From Patescibacteria group bacterium (GTDB taxonomy: Bacteria; Patescibacteriota; Doudnabacteria; UBA920; VMFF01), in NCBI GenBank assembly GCA_038065615.1, contig JBBTQQ010000001.1:76207-140206 (forward strand): 64,000 nucleotides of DNA, in the 5' to 3' direction. The notes beneath the pieces were generated by a model. That model made no database searches. It saw only the letters and a program-made list of their open reading frames with translations, and had not been told where the DNA came from. Within the stretch, counting starts at the first letter, position 1. Each line of letters begins with the position of its first letter. This document shows, piece by piece, positions 20,929 to 29,251 of the stretch. Position numbers and translations under genes: made by a program.

Positions 20929-21014
20929 ATTCTATGCCTAAGAGCTATTCCCTGCAAATTGACAAAAGCCCCACATTTTTAGATAATGCGCTCAAATACC
21001 CACGGAGGATACAG

Positions 21015-21224
21015 ATGTCTCACGACGCCGATAAGGTGCCGGAGCTGGAAAAGGAAACCTTCTTTCTCCCGCTCATTCACTTTCTCTGGAAACCGGCACT
21101 GCTGTTCGTGGTGTTGTTCTGGGTCTTTATGCATTTCTTGACCCCGATTAAGATCTACCCGAACGGCCGGCCAGTGCCTGAACAAGCGCCGGACAAACCA
21201 GCGCCACCGCATTCGGTGACGTGA
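21015..21224 (+). CDS. Small GC-rich single-TM hypothetical protein (69 aa)
   Basis: TTGACA-17-GATAAT from 20959, GGAGGA SD before ATG 21015, hydrophobic core, Pro-rich tail, downstream hairpin. Confidence 0.55.
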   Translation: MSHDADKVPELEKETFFLPLIHFLWKPALLFVVLFWVFMHFLTPIKIYPNGRPVPEQAPDKPAPPHSVT

Positions 21225-21235
21225 TGAGAAGAAAC

Positions 21236-21276
21236 GAAAGAGCCGACAAGCGCATTACGCGTCTGTCGGCTCTTTC
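21236..21276. terminator. Terminator between the convergent small ORF and fusA
   Basis: gaaagagccgaca...tgtcggctctttc inverted repeat. Confidence 0.7.
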
Positions 21277-21296
21277 CCTTTTTTAAATATTTTTAG

Positions 21297-23411
21297 TTAC
21301 TGTCCCTTACGAGCATTAACCGATGCTCTTGATTCAATAATCCCGGCAGCAACATTCTTAGGAACTTCATCGTAATGGTCAAATTCCATTGTATAGTTTC
21401 CTTGACCTTGTGTCATGGAACGCAATGCTGTTGCGTAACCAAACATTTCAGCAAGCGGAACAAAGGCGTCAACAATCTTTAAGTTTCCTCGATCATTCAT
21501 TTCCTTAACCTGTCCACGCTTTGAGTTAATATCACCAATAACATCTCCCATAAAAGAATCTGGAATTGTTACTTCAACTTTCATGATTGGTTCAAGCAAA
21601 ATTGGATCTGCTTTCTTAACGCCGTCCTGAAAAGCTTTTGAAGCTGCGATTTTGAAAGCAACTTCAGAAGAGTCAACATCGTGGTATGAACCATCGTAAA
21701 CTGCACAGTGGAAGTCAATAACTGGGAAGCCTGCAATAACTCCGTTTTCTGCAGCTTCTTTAACTCCCTTTTCAATTGGAGCGATGAATTCTCTTGGAAT
21801 AGATCCACCAACAACCTCTGATTCAAAAGTAAATCCAGAGCCTGGTTCTTTTGGTTCCAAACGAATCCAGCAATGACCGTATTGTCCTTTACCACCAGAC
21901 TGTTTAATGAACTTGCCTTCTGATTCAATAGTTTTCTTGAATTTCTCTTTGTAAGCAACCTGTGGTTTACCAACGTTTGCTTCAACTTTAAATTCACGCT
22001 TCATACGATCAACAATAATTTCAAGATGTAATTCACCCATTCCTGAAATGATTGTTTGTCCTGTTTCTTCATCACCTTTAATGTGGAAGGTTGGATCTTC
22101 CTCACCAAGCTTGTTTAAAGCAATGCCCATTTTTTCCTGGTCTGCTTTTGTCTTAGGCTCAATAGCCATAGAGATAACTGGCTCGGCAAACTTAATGCTT
22201 TCTAAACGGATTGGATGATCAACGTCGCAAAGAGTGTCTCCAGTGAATGTGTCTTTAGGTCCTACCAAAGCTGCTATATCACCAGCGTAAACTTCTTTAA
22301 CATCTTCTCTGTCGTTTGCTTTCATTAAAACAATACGACCAACACGTTCTTTGTTTCCTGAACGAGTATTTAAGACATATGAACCAGCAGCGAGTTTACC
22401 AGAATAGACTCTAAAGAATGCAAGCTTTCCTACGAAAGGATCAGTTGCAATCTTAAACGCAAGAGCTGTGAATGGTTCTTCGTCGCTTGGTTTTCTAATA
22501 ATCTTGTCTGCAGCTTCAACATTTGCTTCTTTAACTTTTGGATCAACACCAATGATGTGTGACTTTTCCAAAGGAGATGGCAAGAAGTTAATAACCGCAT
22601 CAAGTAATTTATGAACAATGACTCCGCGGCCGTCTCCACCTAAAACAGCATACATATTTCCAGCAATGATTGCTTTACGTAATCCGGAAAGAATCTCTGC
22701 TTCAAAAAGTTCAGCGCCTGAAAGATACTTTTCCATTAACACATCGTCTGATTCAACGAGTTTTTCAATGAGCTGATGTCTGTACTGTTTTGCTTTTTCA
22801 AGCATATCAGTAGGAATTTCACTTTCTATTAAAATCTTGTCATGAAAATCAGCGTAAGTGTATGCTTTCATTTTTATCAAATCAACAACACCATTGATAT
22901 CTTTTTCAAAACCAATTGGTAATTGAATCGGGTATGCGTTTGGTGAAAGACGTTTATGAATTGAGTCTAACGACTTGTAAAAGTCTCCACCTGTTTGGTT
23001 GATTTTGTTGATGAAACAAATTCTCGGAACACCGTATTTATCAGCTTGTCTCCAGACTGTTTCAGACTGTGGTTCAACACCCATCTTACCGTCAAAGATG
23101 ACGCAAGCGCCATCTAATACACGCAAAGAGCGCTCGACTTCAACTGTGAAGTCAACGTGTCCTGGGGTATCAATGATGTTGATCTTGTTACCTTTCCAGA
23201 AACAAGTAACAGCAGCCGCAGTAATTGTAATACCGCGCTCTCTTTCTTGTTCCATCCAGTCAGTAACAGTTTCACCTTCGTGGACAGCGCCAATGTTGTG
23301 TGTAACACCTGTCTGGTACAAGATTCCTTCGGTGATTGTGGTTTTACCGGCATCAATGTGCGCAATAATTCCGATATTTCTTGTTGTGTCTATTGAATAT
23401 TCTCTAGGCAT
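21297..23411 (-). CDS. fusA: Elongation factor G
   Basis: [25 protein letters not shown]; atypical G4/G5 motifs. Confidence 0.98.
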   Translation of the reverse strand: MPREYSIDTTRNIGIIAHIDAGKTTITEGILYQTGVTHNIGAVHEGETVTDWMEQERERGITITAAAVTCFWKGNKINIIDTPGHVDFTVEVERSLRVLDGACVIFDGKMGVEPQSETVWRQADKYGVPRICFINKINQTGGDFYKSLDSIHKRLSPNAYPIQLPIGFEKDINGVVDLIKMKAYTYADFHDKILIESEIPTDMLEKAKQYRHQLIEKLVESDDVLMEKYLSGAELFEAEILSGLRKAIIAGNMYAVLGGDGRGVIVHKLLDAVINFLPSPLEKSHIIGVDPKVKEANVEAADKIIRKPSDEEPFTALAFKIATDPFVGKLAFFRVYSGKLAAGSYVLNTRSGNKERVGRIVLMKANDREDVKEVYAGDIAALVGPKDTFTGDTLCDVDHPIRLESIKFAEPVISMAIEPKTKADQEKMGIALNKLGEEDPTFHIKGDEETGQTIISGMGELHLEIIVDRMKREFKVEANVGKPQVAYKEKFKKTIESEGKFIKQSGGKGQYGHCWIRLEPKEPGSGFTFESEVVGGSIPREFIAPIEKGVKEAAENGVIAGFPVIDFHCAVYDGSYHDVDSSEVAFKIAASKAFQDGVKKADPILLEPIMKVEVTIPDSFMGDVIGDINSKRGQVKEMNDRGNLKIVDAFVPLAEMFGYATALRSMTQGQGNYTMEFDHYDEVPKNVAAGIIESRASVNARKGQ

Positions 23412-23422
23412 TTATTTATATG

Positions 23423-23923
23423 TTATCTTCTTTGGAATTTAGCAAAATGCGCAAAAGCTTTGTTTGCTTCAGCCATTCTGTGCGTATCTTCTCTCTTCTT
23501 TATAGCGGAGCCAATCTTGTTGTATCCATCCATAATTTCAGCAGCGAGTTTCTGATGCATAGGAGCACCTTTTCTAGCTTGAGCAGCTGCGATTAACCAC
23601 TTCATTCCAATAGCGGTTTTTCTAGGTTCAACAACTTCCATTGGAACCTGGTAGTTTGCACCACCGATTCTGCGGCCTTTGACTTCAACTAAAGGAGCAA
23701 TGTTTCTCAATGCTTGTTCAAAGATCTGCTTACCTTCTACTGGTTGTTCTGCAGTAGACATTTTCTTTGAGACTTCTTCTAAAGCCATGTAAAAAATCTT
23801 TTGAGCAACATTTTTCTTTCCGCGTTGCATTAAATAATTTATGAATTTACCGTATTTAGCATTACCAAATTTTGGATCTGGGTTTGCTGGATGACGCTTT
23901 ACTGAACGTGCTTTTCTTGGCAT
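23423..23923 (-). CDS. rpsG: 30S ribosomal protein S7
   Basis: RRIGGANYQVP, HRMAEANKAFAH. Confidence 0.97.
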   Translation of the reverse strand: MPRKARSVKRHPANPDPKFGNAKYGKFINYLMQRGKKNVAQKIFYMALEEVSKKMSTAEQPVEGKQIFEQALRNIAPLVEVKGRRIGGANYQVPMEVVEPRKTAIGMKWLIAAAQARKGAPMHQKLAAEIMDGYNKIGSAIKKREDTHRMAEANKAFAHFAKFQRR

Positions 23924-23927
23924 ATGT

Positions 23928-24335
23928 TTATGATTTCTTTACTCCATATTTACTTCTGCTGCGTTTACGACCTTCAACGCCAAGAGTGTCGAGTTTTCCT
24001 CGAACAATGTGATACCTAACACCAGGAAGATCTTTAACTCTTCCACCTCGAATCATAACCACAGAGTGTTCCTGTAAATTATGTCCGATTCCTGGAATGT
24101 AGGCTAAAACTTCCATACCATTGGTCAAACGTACCTTTGCGATCTTACGCAAAGCTGAGTTTGGTTTCTTTGGTGTGGTTGTATAGACCTTTAAACAAAC
24201 TCCACGCATAAAAGGGCTTGGACGCCATACGGTCTGTCCTTTTATTACGTTAATACGTCGTTCTAGAGCAGGAGTTTTGGATTTGCTCTTGAGCGGGGTG
24301 CGTTTTCGGCGCACCAACTGATTGATTGTAGGCAC
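23928..24335 (-). CDS. rpsL: 30S ribosomal protein S12 (GTG start)
   Basis: [27 protein letters not shown]. Confidence 0.98.
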   Translation of the reverse strand: MPTINQLVRRKRTPLKSKSKTPALERRINVIKGQTVWRPSPFMRGVCLKVYTTTPKKPNSALRKIAKVRLTNGMEVLAYIPGIGHNLQEHSVVMIRGGRVKDLPGVRYHIVRGKLDTLGVEGRKRSRSKYGVKKS

Positions 24336-24349
24336 TCTGCTTATCCTTT

Positions 24350-24419
24350 CTAAAGACGGTGGTGTGGGATTGGAACCTCACTACTCTTTCACCCGTGCGA
24401 TGGGTTACTCCGTGTTTAG
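24350..24419 (-). promoter_or_regulatory. Structured 5' leader of rpsL (candidate cis-regulatory RNA)
   Basis: Closing helix CUAAACACGG/CCGUCUUUAG enclosing two hairpins, directly upstream of AAAGGA. Confidence 0.5.
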
Positions 24420-24457
24420 TGATTAATTAATTGATATCGAAATGATATACGTGTCTA

Positions 24458-24486
24458 ATTATATGACCATCCAACCAAAATGTCAA
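24458..24486 (-). promoter_or_regulatory. sigma70 promoter of rpsL-rpsG-fusA
   Basis: Perfect TTGACA-17 nt-TATAAT. Confidence 0.85.
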
Positions 24487-24576
24487 AGCCCAACAAAAGA
24501 CCGTTTTGCATTTTAAATTAGTTAGTATACAATGCGTGAGATAGCAGGAACAGGATGACAACCACACGGGGGGCCT

Positions 24577-24879
24577 ATGGTAGGAAGATCTTTGTTCGCC
24601 AATGACCAATTCACCTTTTCGGAGACCAGCGGAGGGCTGCTCACCATCGAAGTCGCCAGCTCTATCAGCTACAGAGCAAGGCTGATCAGCGACCTAGCTC
24701 ACGCGCTGCGTGGCGACGCACCGAGAACCCATTGCCTCTTCGGTCTCCGGAGCCACTACCCGGATCTGGCGGGGCAGCTTCTGGCTCTTGCCAACCAGAT
24801 CGACTGGCGCCCAGCCACTGAAGTGACGTTCAACGAAGGCGCGCTGAGCGCGAGACTTCCCCCGCGCGATGAGCAATAG
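24577..24879 (+). CDS. Small GC-rich hypothetical protein
   Basis: TTGCAT-16-TACAAT at 24506-24533, G-rich SD, hairpin ggcccactg/cagtgggcc downstream. Confidence 0.5.
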   Translation: MVGRSLFANDQFTFSETSGGLLTIEVASSISYRARLISDLAHALRGDAPRTHCLFGLRSHYPDLAGQLLALANQIDWRPATEVTFNEGALSARLPPRDEQ

Positions 24880-24944
24880 CCCATCGCTCCAGACAACAAC
24901 AAGGCCCACTGACAACAGTGGGCCGCTGCATTTAAAAAAATATG

Positions 24945-25568
24945 TTAAGCTATTCCAAAAAGTCTGAAAAAGAACCCCGCTATTGGCAACATAAAATGTT
25001 GAAAAGCACCGGTATAGAAAAGAACGTAGATTAAGATTAAAAAAGGAAGAATTCCAACAAAACCTCGCATCTCAATATTCATCACAAAGTTAATCGCGTT
25101 TTCTCCAAAGATTGCTGCAAGAACTTTTGAACCATCAATCGGTGGTATTGGAATCATGTTAATTACAGCAAGGAATATGTTTATCTGTACAACTAAAACA
25201 AAGATGCTCTGAACAGTTTCAGGCAAAGCAAACACCCTGATGAATATTGCAAAGATCATTGCCAACAAAAAATTTGTTAAAATCCCAGCAATTGAAACCC
25301 AGAAAACACCCCAGCGAAAATTCTTTAGATTTGAATAGTTTACAGGAACTGGTTTTGCTGCACCGAAGATTATTGGAGATCCTGACATATACAAAACAAT
25401 AGGGATCAAGAAGCTAAAATACAAATCTAGATGCACAATTGGGTTTATTGTAATTCTGCCCATTACTCTTGCTGTATCATCACCAAAATACTCAGCAACA
25501 GAACCGTGCGCTATTTCATGCAATATTACTGAAAACAATAGAACTGCTAAAGATATTATTAAATCCAT
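24945..25568 (-). CDS. Site-2 protease family (M50) membrane metalloprotease
   Basis: HEIAH and NMIPIPPIDG motifs. Confidence 0.92.
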   Translation of the reverse strand: MDLIISLAVLLFSVILHEIAHGSVAEYFGDDTARVMGRITINPIVHLDLYFSFLIPIVLYMSGSPIIFGAAKPVPVNYSNLKNFRWGVFWVSIAGILTNFLLAMIFAIFIRVFALPETVQSIFVLVVQINIFLAVINMIPIPPIDGSKVLAAIFGENAINFVMNIEMRGFVGILPFLILIYVLFYTGAFQHFMLPIAGFFFRLFGIA

Positions 25569-25650
25569 GTTATTCGGTTATTTATCAATGCTTGATTATT
25601 ATATCAAAACATGTTAATATATCGAAGTTATTAAACCCCCTACAAGATAT

Positions 25651-25839
25651 ATGCCAAGAATGTGCGCAATCTGCGGTAAAGGATATTCCAAGACAATAAA
25701 GCGCAGCCACTCAATGAGAGCTTCCATAAAAAGACTGTTACCTAACCTACAATGGACAAAGCACGAAGGTCAAAGAGTAAAGGCTTGCACAAGCTGCATC
25801 AAAACTAAAGCAAAGAGACTAGCTAAAGCAGCCGTCTAA
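25651..25839 (+). CDS. rpmB: 50S ribosomal protein L28
   Basis: CAICGK, RSHS, PNLQ, CTSCIK; TTGATT-17-TAATAT upstream. Confidence 0.93.
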   Translation: MPRMCAICGKGYSKTIKRSHSMRASIKRLLPNLQWTKHEGQRVKACTSCIKTKAKRLAKAAV

Positions 25840-25855
25840 ATCTATACTGCAATTT

Positions 25856-25882
25856 AAATCCCCCGGAATCGGGGGATTTTTT
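25856..25882 (+). terminator. Intrinsic terminator after rpmB
   Basis: aaatccccc / gggggattt plus T-run. Confidence 0.75.
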
Positions 25883-25947
25883 AATGTCTTTTTAATTAAA
25901 AGTTAACCTGCCAAGCGTATATATATTAGGAGGCAAAAATCTGATTT

Positions 25948-26020
25948 GGGGATGGCAGGTTAGCGAGAAACAAACCTTACCAATTTTTTCTCGTGGGTTC
26001 GAGTCCCATCATCTCCACCA
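25948..26020 (+). ncRNA. tRNA-like RNA copy 1 (Ala identity, degenerate D-arm, abnormal anticodon arm)
   Basis: GGGGAUG/CAUCUCC acceptor stem with G3:U70, A73-CCA; T-arm GUGGG-UUCGAGU-CCCAU; 73 nt. Confidence 0.65.
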
Positions 26021-26021
26021 T

Positions 26022-26050
26022 TTGACAGGACGAATTTTATAAAATACGAT
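26022..26050 (+). promoter_or_regulatory. sigma70 promoter directly after tRNA-like copy 1
   Basis: TTGACA-17 nt-TACGAT. Confidence 0.65.
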
Positions 26051-26054
26051 TGTG

Positions 26055-26111
26055 TTGGTAAGGTTTGTTTCGCTACCTGTCTTAAAGCCCCGAATTTCTT
26101 CGGGGCTTTAA
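26055..26111 (+). ncRNA. Predicted small RNA complementary to tRNA-like copy 1, ending in terminator hairpin
   Basis: 26055-26071 is the exact reverse complement of 25967-25983; ttaaagccccgaa/ttcggggctttaa hairpin. Confidence 0.55.
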
Positions 26112-26112
26112 A

Positions 26113-27063
26113 TTATACTGTAAAGTATTCTGTTCCGTCTTTTTTATTATTTGCTATCTTGTCCATAAGGTCGTGAAGTTCTTCTTCTGAAAAGAATTCA
26201 ATCATTATCTTTCCACCACGTCCTTTCTTTTCAATCTTTACCTTGGTTCCAAGTTTGCTTCTAAGTTCATTTTCCCAAGCAAGGGTGTTTGGATCAGGAC
26301 CAGCTGCTTCTAATCTTGGACGAGCCATCAACTCACGAACTTTTGCTTCAACTTGTCTAACGTTTAATCCTTGATCCAAAATCATTTTGAATAATGCAAG
26401 CTGTCTTTCCATTCCTGCAAGTCCTAAGATTGCTCTAGCGTGTCCTTCTGAAAGCTTTCCTTCTATGATTGCTCTTTGTATTTCAGCAGGAAGGTTTAAC
26501 AAACGAACTGTGTTTGCAATGGCAGGTCTTGATTTACCAACTTTCTGAGCAACTTTTTCTTGAGTTAGACCAAAACTATCCATTAACTTCTGGTATGCCT
26601 GTGCTTCTTCAATCGGGTTTAATTCTTGTCTTTGAATGTTTTCAATTAAAGCAACCTCTAATTTTGTCTGATCCGCCATCCCCTGCTTTATAATCACAGG
26701 CACTTTTTTAAGGCCAGCGAGCTGAGAAGCACGAAATCTTCTTTCACCAACAACTAATTCATAACCAGCAGGTGTTTTGTTAACAACAAGTGGCTGTATA
26801 ACCCCGTGTTCTTTAATGGAATCAGCGAGCTCTTGTAAATGCTCTTGGTTAAAAACTTTTCTTGGTTGAAAAGGGTTTGCGACAATGTCTTCTATTGGAA
26901 CTTCTTGAACTGATGCGTCTGAATATGAAATACGCTCTGTTAGTTCAGGATCTTTATGAATTTCTGGCAAAGAAAAAGACTGCGTACCGTTAGGCTCTGC
27001 ACTTGGTGTAGGAGTCGGATTTGCAGCCTGTGTGTTTAAGTTTTGATTTTCAGTATCAAACAT
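26113..27063 (-). CDS. parB: ParB/Spo0J partition protein
   Basis: NPFQPRK, GERRFRA, ENIQRQELNPIEEA, HTH, GHARA. Confidence 0.94.
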   Translation of the reverse strand: MFDTENQNLNTQAANPTPTPSAEPNGTQSFSLPEIHKDPELTERISYSDASVQEVPIEDIVANPFQPRKVFNQEHLQELADSIKEHGVIQPLVVNKTPAGYELVVGERRFRASQLAGLKKVPVIIKQGMADQTKLEVALIENIQRQELNPIEEAQAYQKLMDSFGLTQEKVAQKVGKSRPAIANTVRLLNLPAEIQRAIIEGKLSEGHARAILGLAGMERQLALFKMILDQGLNVRQVEAKVRELMARPRLEAAGPDPNTLAWENELRSKLGTKVKIEKKGRGGKIMIEFFSEEELHDLMDKIANNKKDGTEYFTV

Positions 27064-27082
27064 TTTTTGTGTTTATATTATC

Positions 27083-27169
27083 TGGTGCCGGTGGTGGGAG
27101 TTGAACCCACATGAGGGTAACCTCACACGATTTTGAGTCGTGCGCGTATGCCAGTTCCGCCACACCGGC
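27083..27169 (-). tRNA. tRNA-Leu(CAA)
   Basis: Cloverleaf with long variable arm; anticodon arm CACGA-CT CAA AA-TCGTG; CCA encoded. Confidence 0.95.
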
Positions 27170-27232
27170 TCGAAAATTACTTCCTGATTTTATCACATTG
27201 TCCTGTGTTTGTAAAACATATATAATTCAAAC

Positions 27233-28015
27233 ATGTCATATATTCACGCAACTATTTTAGGAATTATCGAAGGGCTTACAGAGTTCCTTCCAATCTCCTC
27301 TACAGCACATTTAATCCTTGCTTCTGATTTAATGAATTTGGTTCAAAGCGAGTTTAACAAAAGCTTTGAGATAATCATCCAGATGGGTGCGATCTTCTCA
27401 GTTGTTTTCCTGTATTACAAAGATATTTTTAAATGGGCGATGATAAAAAAGCTCTTTGTTGCCTTTGTTCCAACAGCGATTATTGGTCTTCTGCTTTATA
27501 AGTTCATAAAAGGATATTTAATCGGCAACACTGTTGTTGTTCTCTGGGCTCTAGCTATTGGCGGTTTATTATTGATTATATTTGAAAGGGTTTTTGCAAA
27601 GAAAATAGCTGCTAATGAATCTGAGAGTATGGGATTAAGTGAAATTACTTACAAACAATCTTTCATTGTTGGTTTGTTTCAATCAATCGCTGTGATACCA
27701 GGAGTTTCTCGCTCTGCAGCAACAATAATCGGCGGAATGCTTTGGGGGGTTAAAAGAAAAGTAATTGTTGAGTTTTCTTTTTTGCTTGCTGTTCCAACAA
27801 TGGTTGCAGCAACTGCTTTAGATATTTACAAAAACATGGGTGCTTTTACTAACAGCGACTGGAAAGTTTTGTCACTTGGTCTTGTTGTTTCTTTTGTAAC
27901 CGCGGTTCTAGCTATTAAATTCTTCATTGCATATATTCAAAAGAATACTTTCAGTGCTTTTGGTTGGTATCGGATTCTTCTTGTGATTGTTTTTGCGACA
28001 ATATTCTTTGGATAA
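27233..28015 (+). CDS. uppP: Undecaprenyl-diphosphate phosphatase
   Basis: EGLTEFLPISSTAHL, PGVSRSAATI. Confidence 0.95.
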   Translation: MSYIHATILGIIEGLTEFLPISSTAHLILASDLMNLVQSEFNKSFEIIIQMGAIFSVVFLYYKDIFKWAMIKKLFVAFVPTAIIGLLLYKFIKGYLIGNTVVVLWALAIGGLLLIIFERVFAKKIAANESESMGLSEITYKQSFIVGLFQSIAVIPGVSRSAATIIGGMLWGVKRKVIVEFSFLLAVPTMVAATALDIYKNMGAFTNSDWKVLSLGLVVSFVTAVLAIKFFIAYIQKNTFSAFGWYRILLVIVFATIFFG

Positions 28016-28017
28016 AG

Positions 28018-28047
28018 AAAAACGCTGCTTTAGAAAGCAGCGTTTTT
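28018..28047. terminator. Bidirectional terminator
   Basis: aaaaacgctgcttt/aaagcagcgttttt. Confidence 0.75.
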
Positions 28048-29247
28048 TTAAACATTCTTTAAAGCTCTAAGATTAGCTTTTGTTTTTCTTGCGTACTGAC
28101 GCAAATTCTTAGGACAGGAAACTTCAAAGTCTAATTTTGCTCCGTTATTTAACCAACGTCTCGCCGATTTTATAGCGCCACCAGGCAAGTGATGCGCTGT
28201 TGCAATAAACTCAACCAAATCAGTTGTGTGTGAACGCCATGTATTTTTTAAAACCTGTTTTTCTTTTGGAGAACATTGCCTTAACAAGACTGCAAGATTG
28301 TATATACTGAAACAAAAAGCAGCCGCGTGATGTTCTGAACCTCTTAATTTAACTACGCTTGAAGGAATAATTTCTTTCTTAACACAATCAGCAACCACTG
28401 AGGCTCCTCTTTTTTCCTTAGAAGTCTCATAAAGAGCATAGGAAGTAAATTGATATGGGCCAAAAGAAGTCATATCATCATATATTGCTGGAATACTGTA
28501 GACATATCTAGAACCTGCGTTTTTTAACAAGAAGCTAAAAACATCTCTGTTCAACTCCCCATCTGCTGATGGCATTAATTCGGTTAAAGCATAAGCGGTT
28601 AAATGCTTTGAATCTAAAGAATTAGATATTGCTCTTAAAAGTGCTGCTTCCTCTTTGTCTAAACCCAATCTCGTAAATAGTTTCTCCCAGTCCATGTTAG
28701 CCTCAACTGTTTGGATGGCCGCTTCTACTGTTTGAAGATATGCCCTTAAATCAGTTCGCTGAGGATCTTTAGATGTGTATTCTTTTTTTAATTGAGTAGC
28801 TGCTTGTCTGAAAACCGTATTGGTTTTGCGTCTTCTTTTAGCAAAGCTCTCCTTTTTATCAAAAAGCGTATCTAGTTGATCGTAAAAGTTAATTTTAGCA
28901 ACCTTCGGTACTTCCCCGCTTATACCAGTAAAGTACGCAAACAAGCTATTAGCAGGGAATTTTCTCCCTTCTAGTGAACCTGTTGGATACTCACTCAGCT
29001 TCTTTACTTCATTCTCAGCGACATTGCTAGGGGCAACCTCTGGTTCAATCGCACCAGCTAGTCTGTCAACTTTAGAACCAACAGCCAAATATGCCCCGGC
29101 GCCTACCATCTTTTTCAAAAATGCTCTACGACTTTCTTGATTGTTGGTTTCTTCTTCTGAAGACTCAGAAGGAACAACTGCTTCCGGTTGTTCTAAGATT
29201 CCCTCTGGTCGTTCTTTACTAGGATCAAAACCAATTCTTTCTGGCAT
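28048..29247 (-). CDS. Hypothetical protein with internal twin-arginine-like motif
   Basis: SRRAFLK followed by a hydrophobic stretch near residue 40. Confidence 0.7.
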   Translation of the reverse strand: MPERIGFDPSKERPEGILEQPEAVVPSESSEEETNNQESRRAFLKKMVGAGAYLAVGSKVDRLAGAIEPEVAPSNVAENEVKKLSEYPTGSLEGRKFPANSLFAYFTGISGEVPKVAKINFYDQLDTLFDKKESFAKRRRKTNTVFRQAATQLKKEYTSKDPQRTDLRAYLQTVEAAIQTVEANMDWEKLFTRLGLDKEEAALLRAISNSLDSKHLTAYALTELMPSADGELNRDVFSFLLKNAGSRYVYSIPAIYDDMTSFGPYQFTSYALYETSKEKRGASVVADCVKKEIIPSSVVKLRGSEHHAAAFCFSIYNLAVLLRQCSPKEKQVLKNTWRSHTTDLVEFIATAHHLPGGAIKSARRWLNNGAKLDFEVSCPKNLRQYARKTKANLRALKNV

Positions 29248-29251
29248 ATGT

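Noticed and set aside
25948-26020. Calling copy 1 the genome's tmRNA or an ordinary tRNA-Ala/Val
   Set aside because: Only 73 nt with no tag ORF or pseudoknots; no D-stem and no 7-nt anticodon loop.
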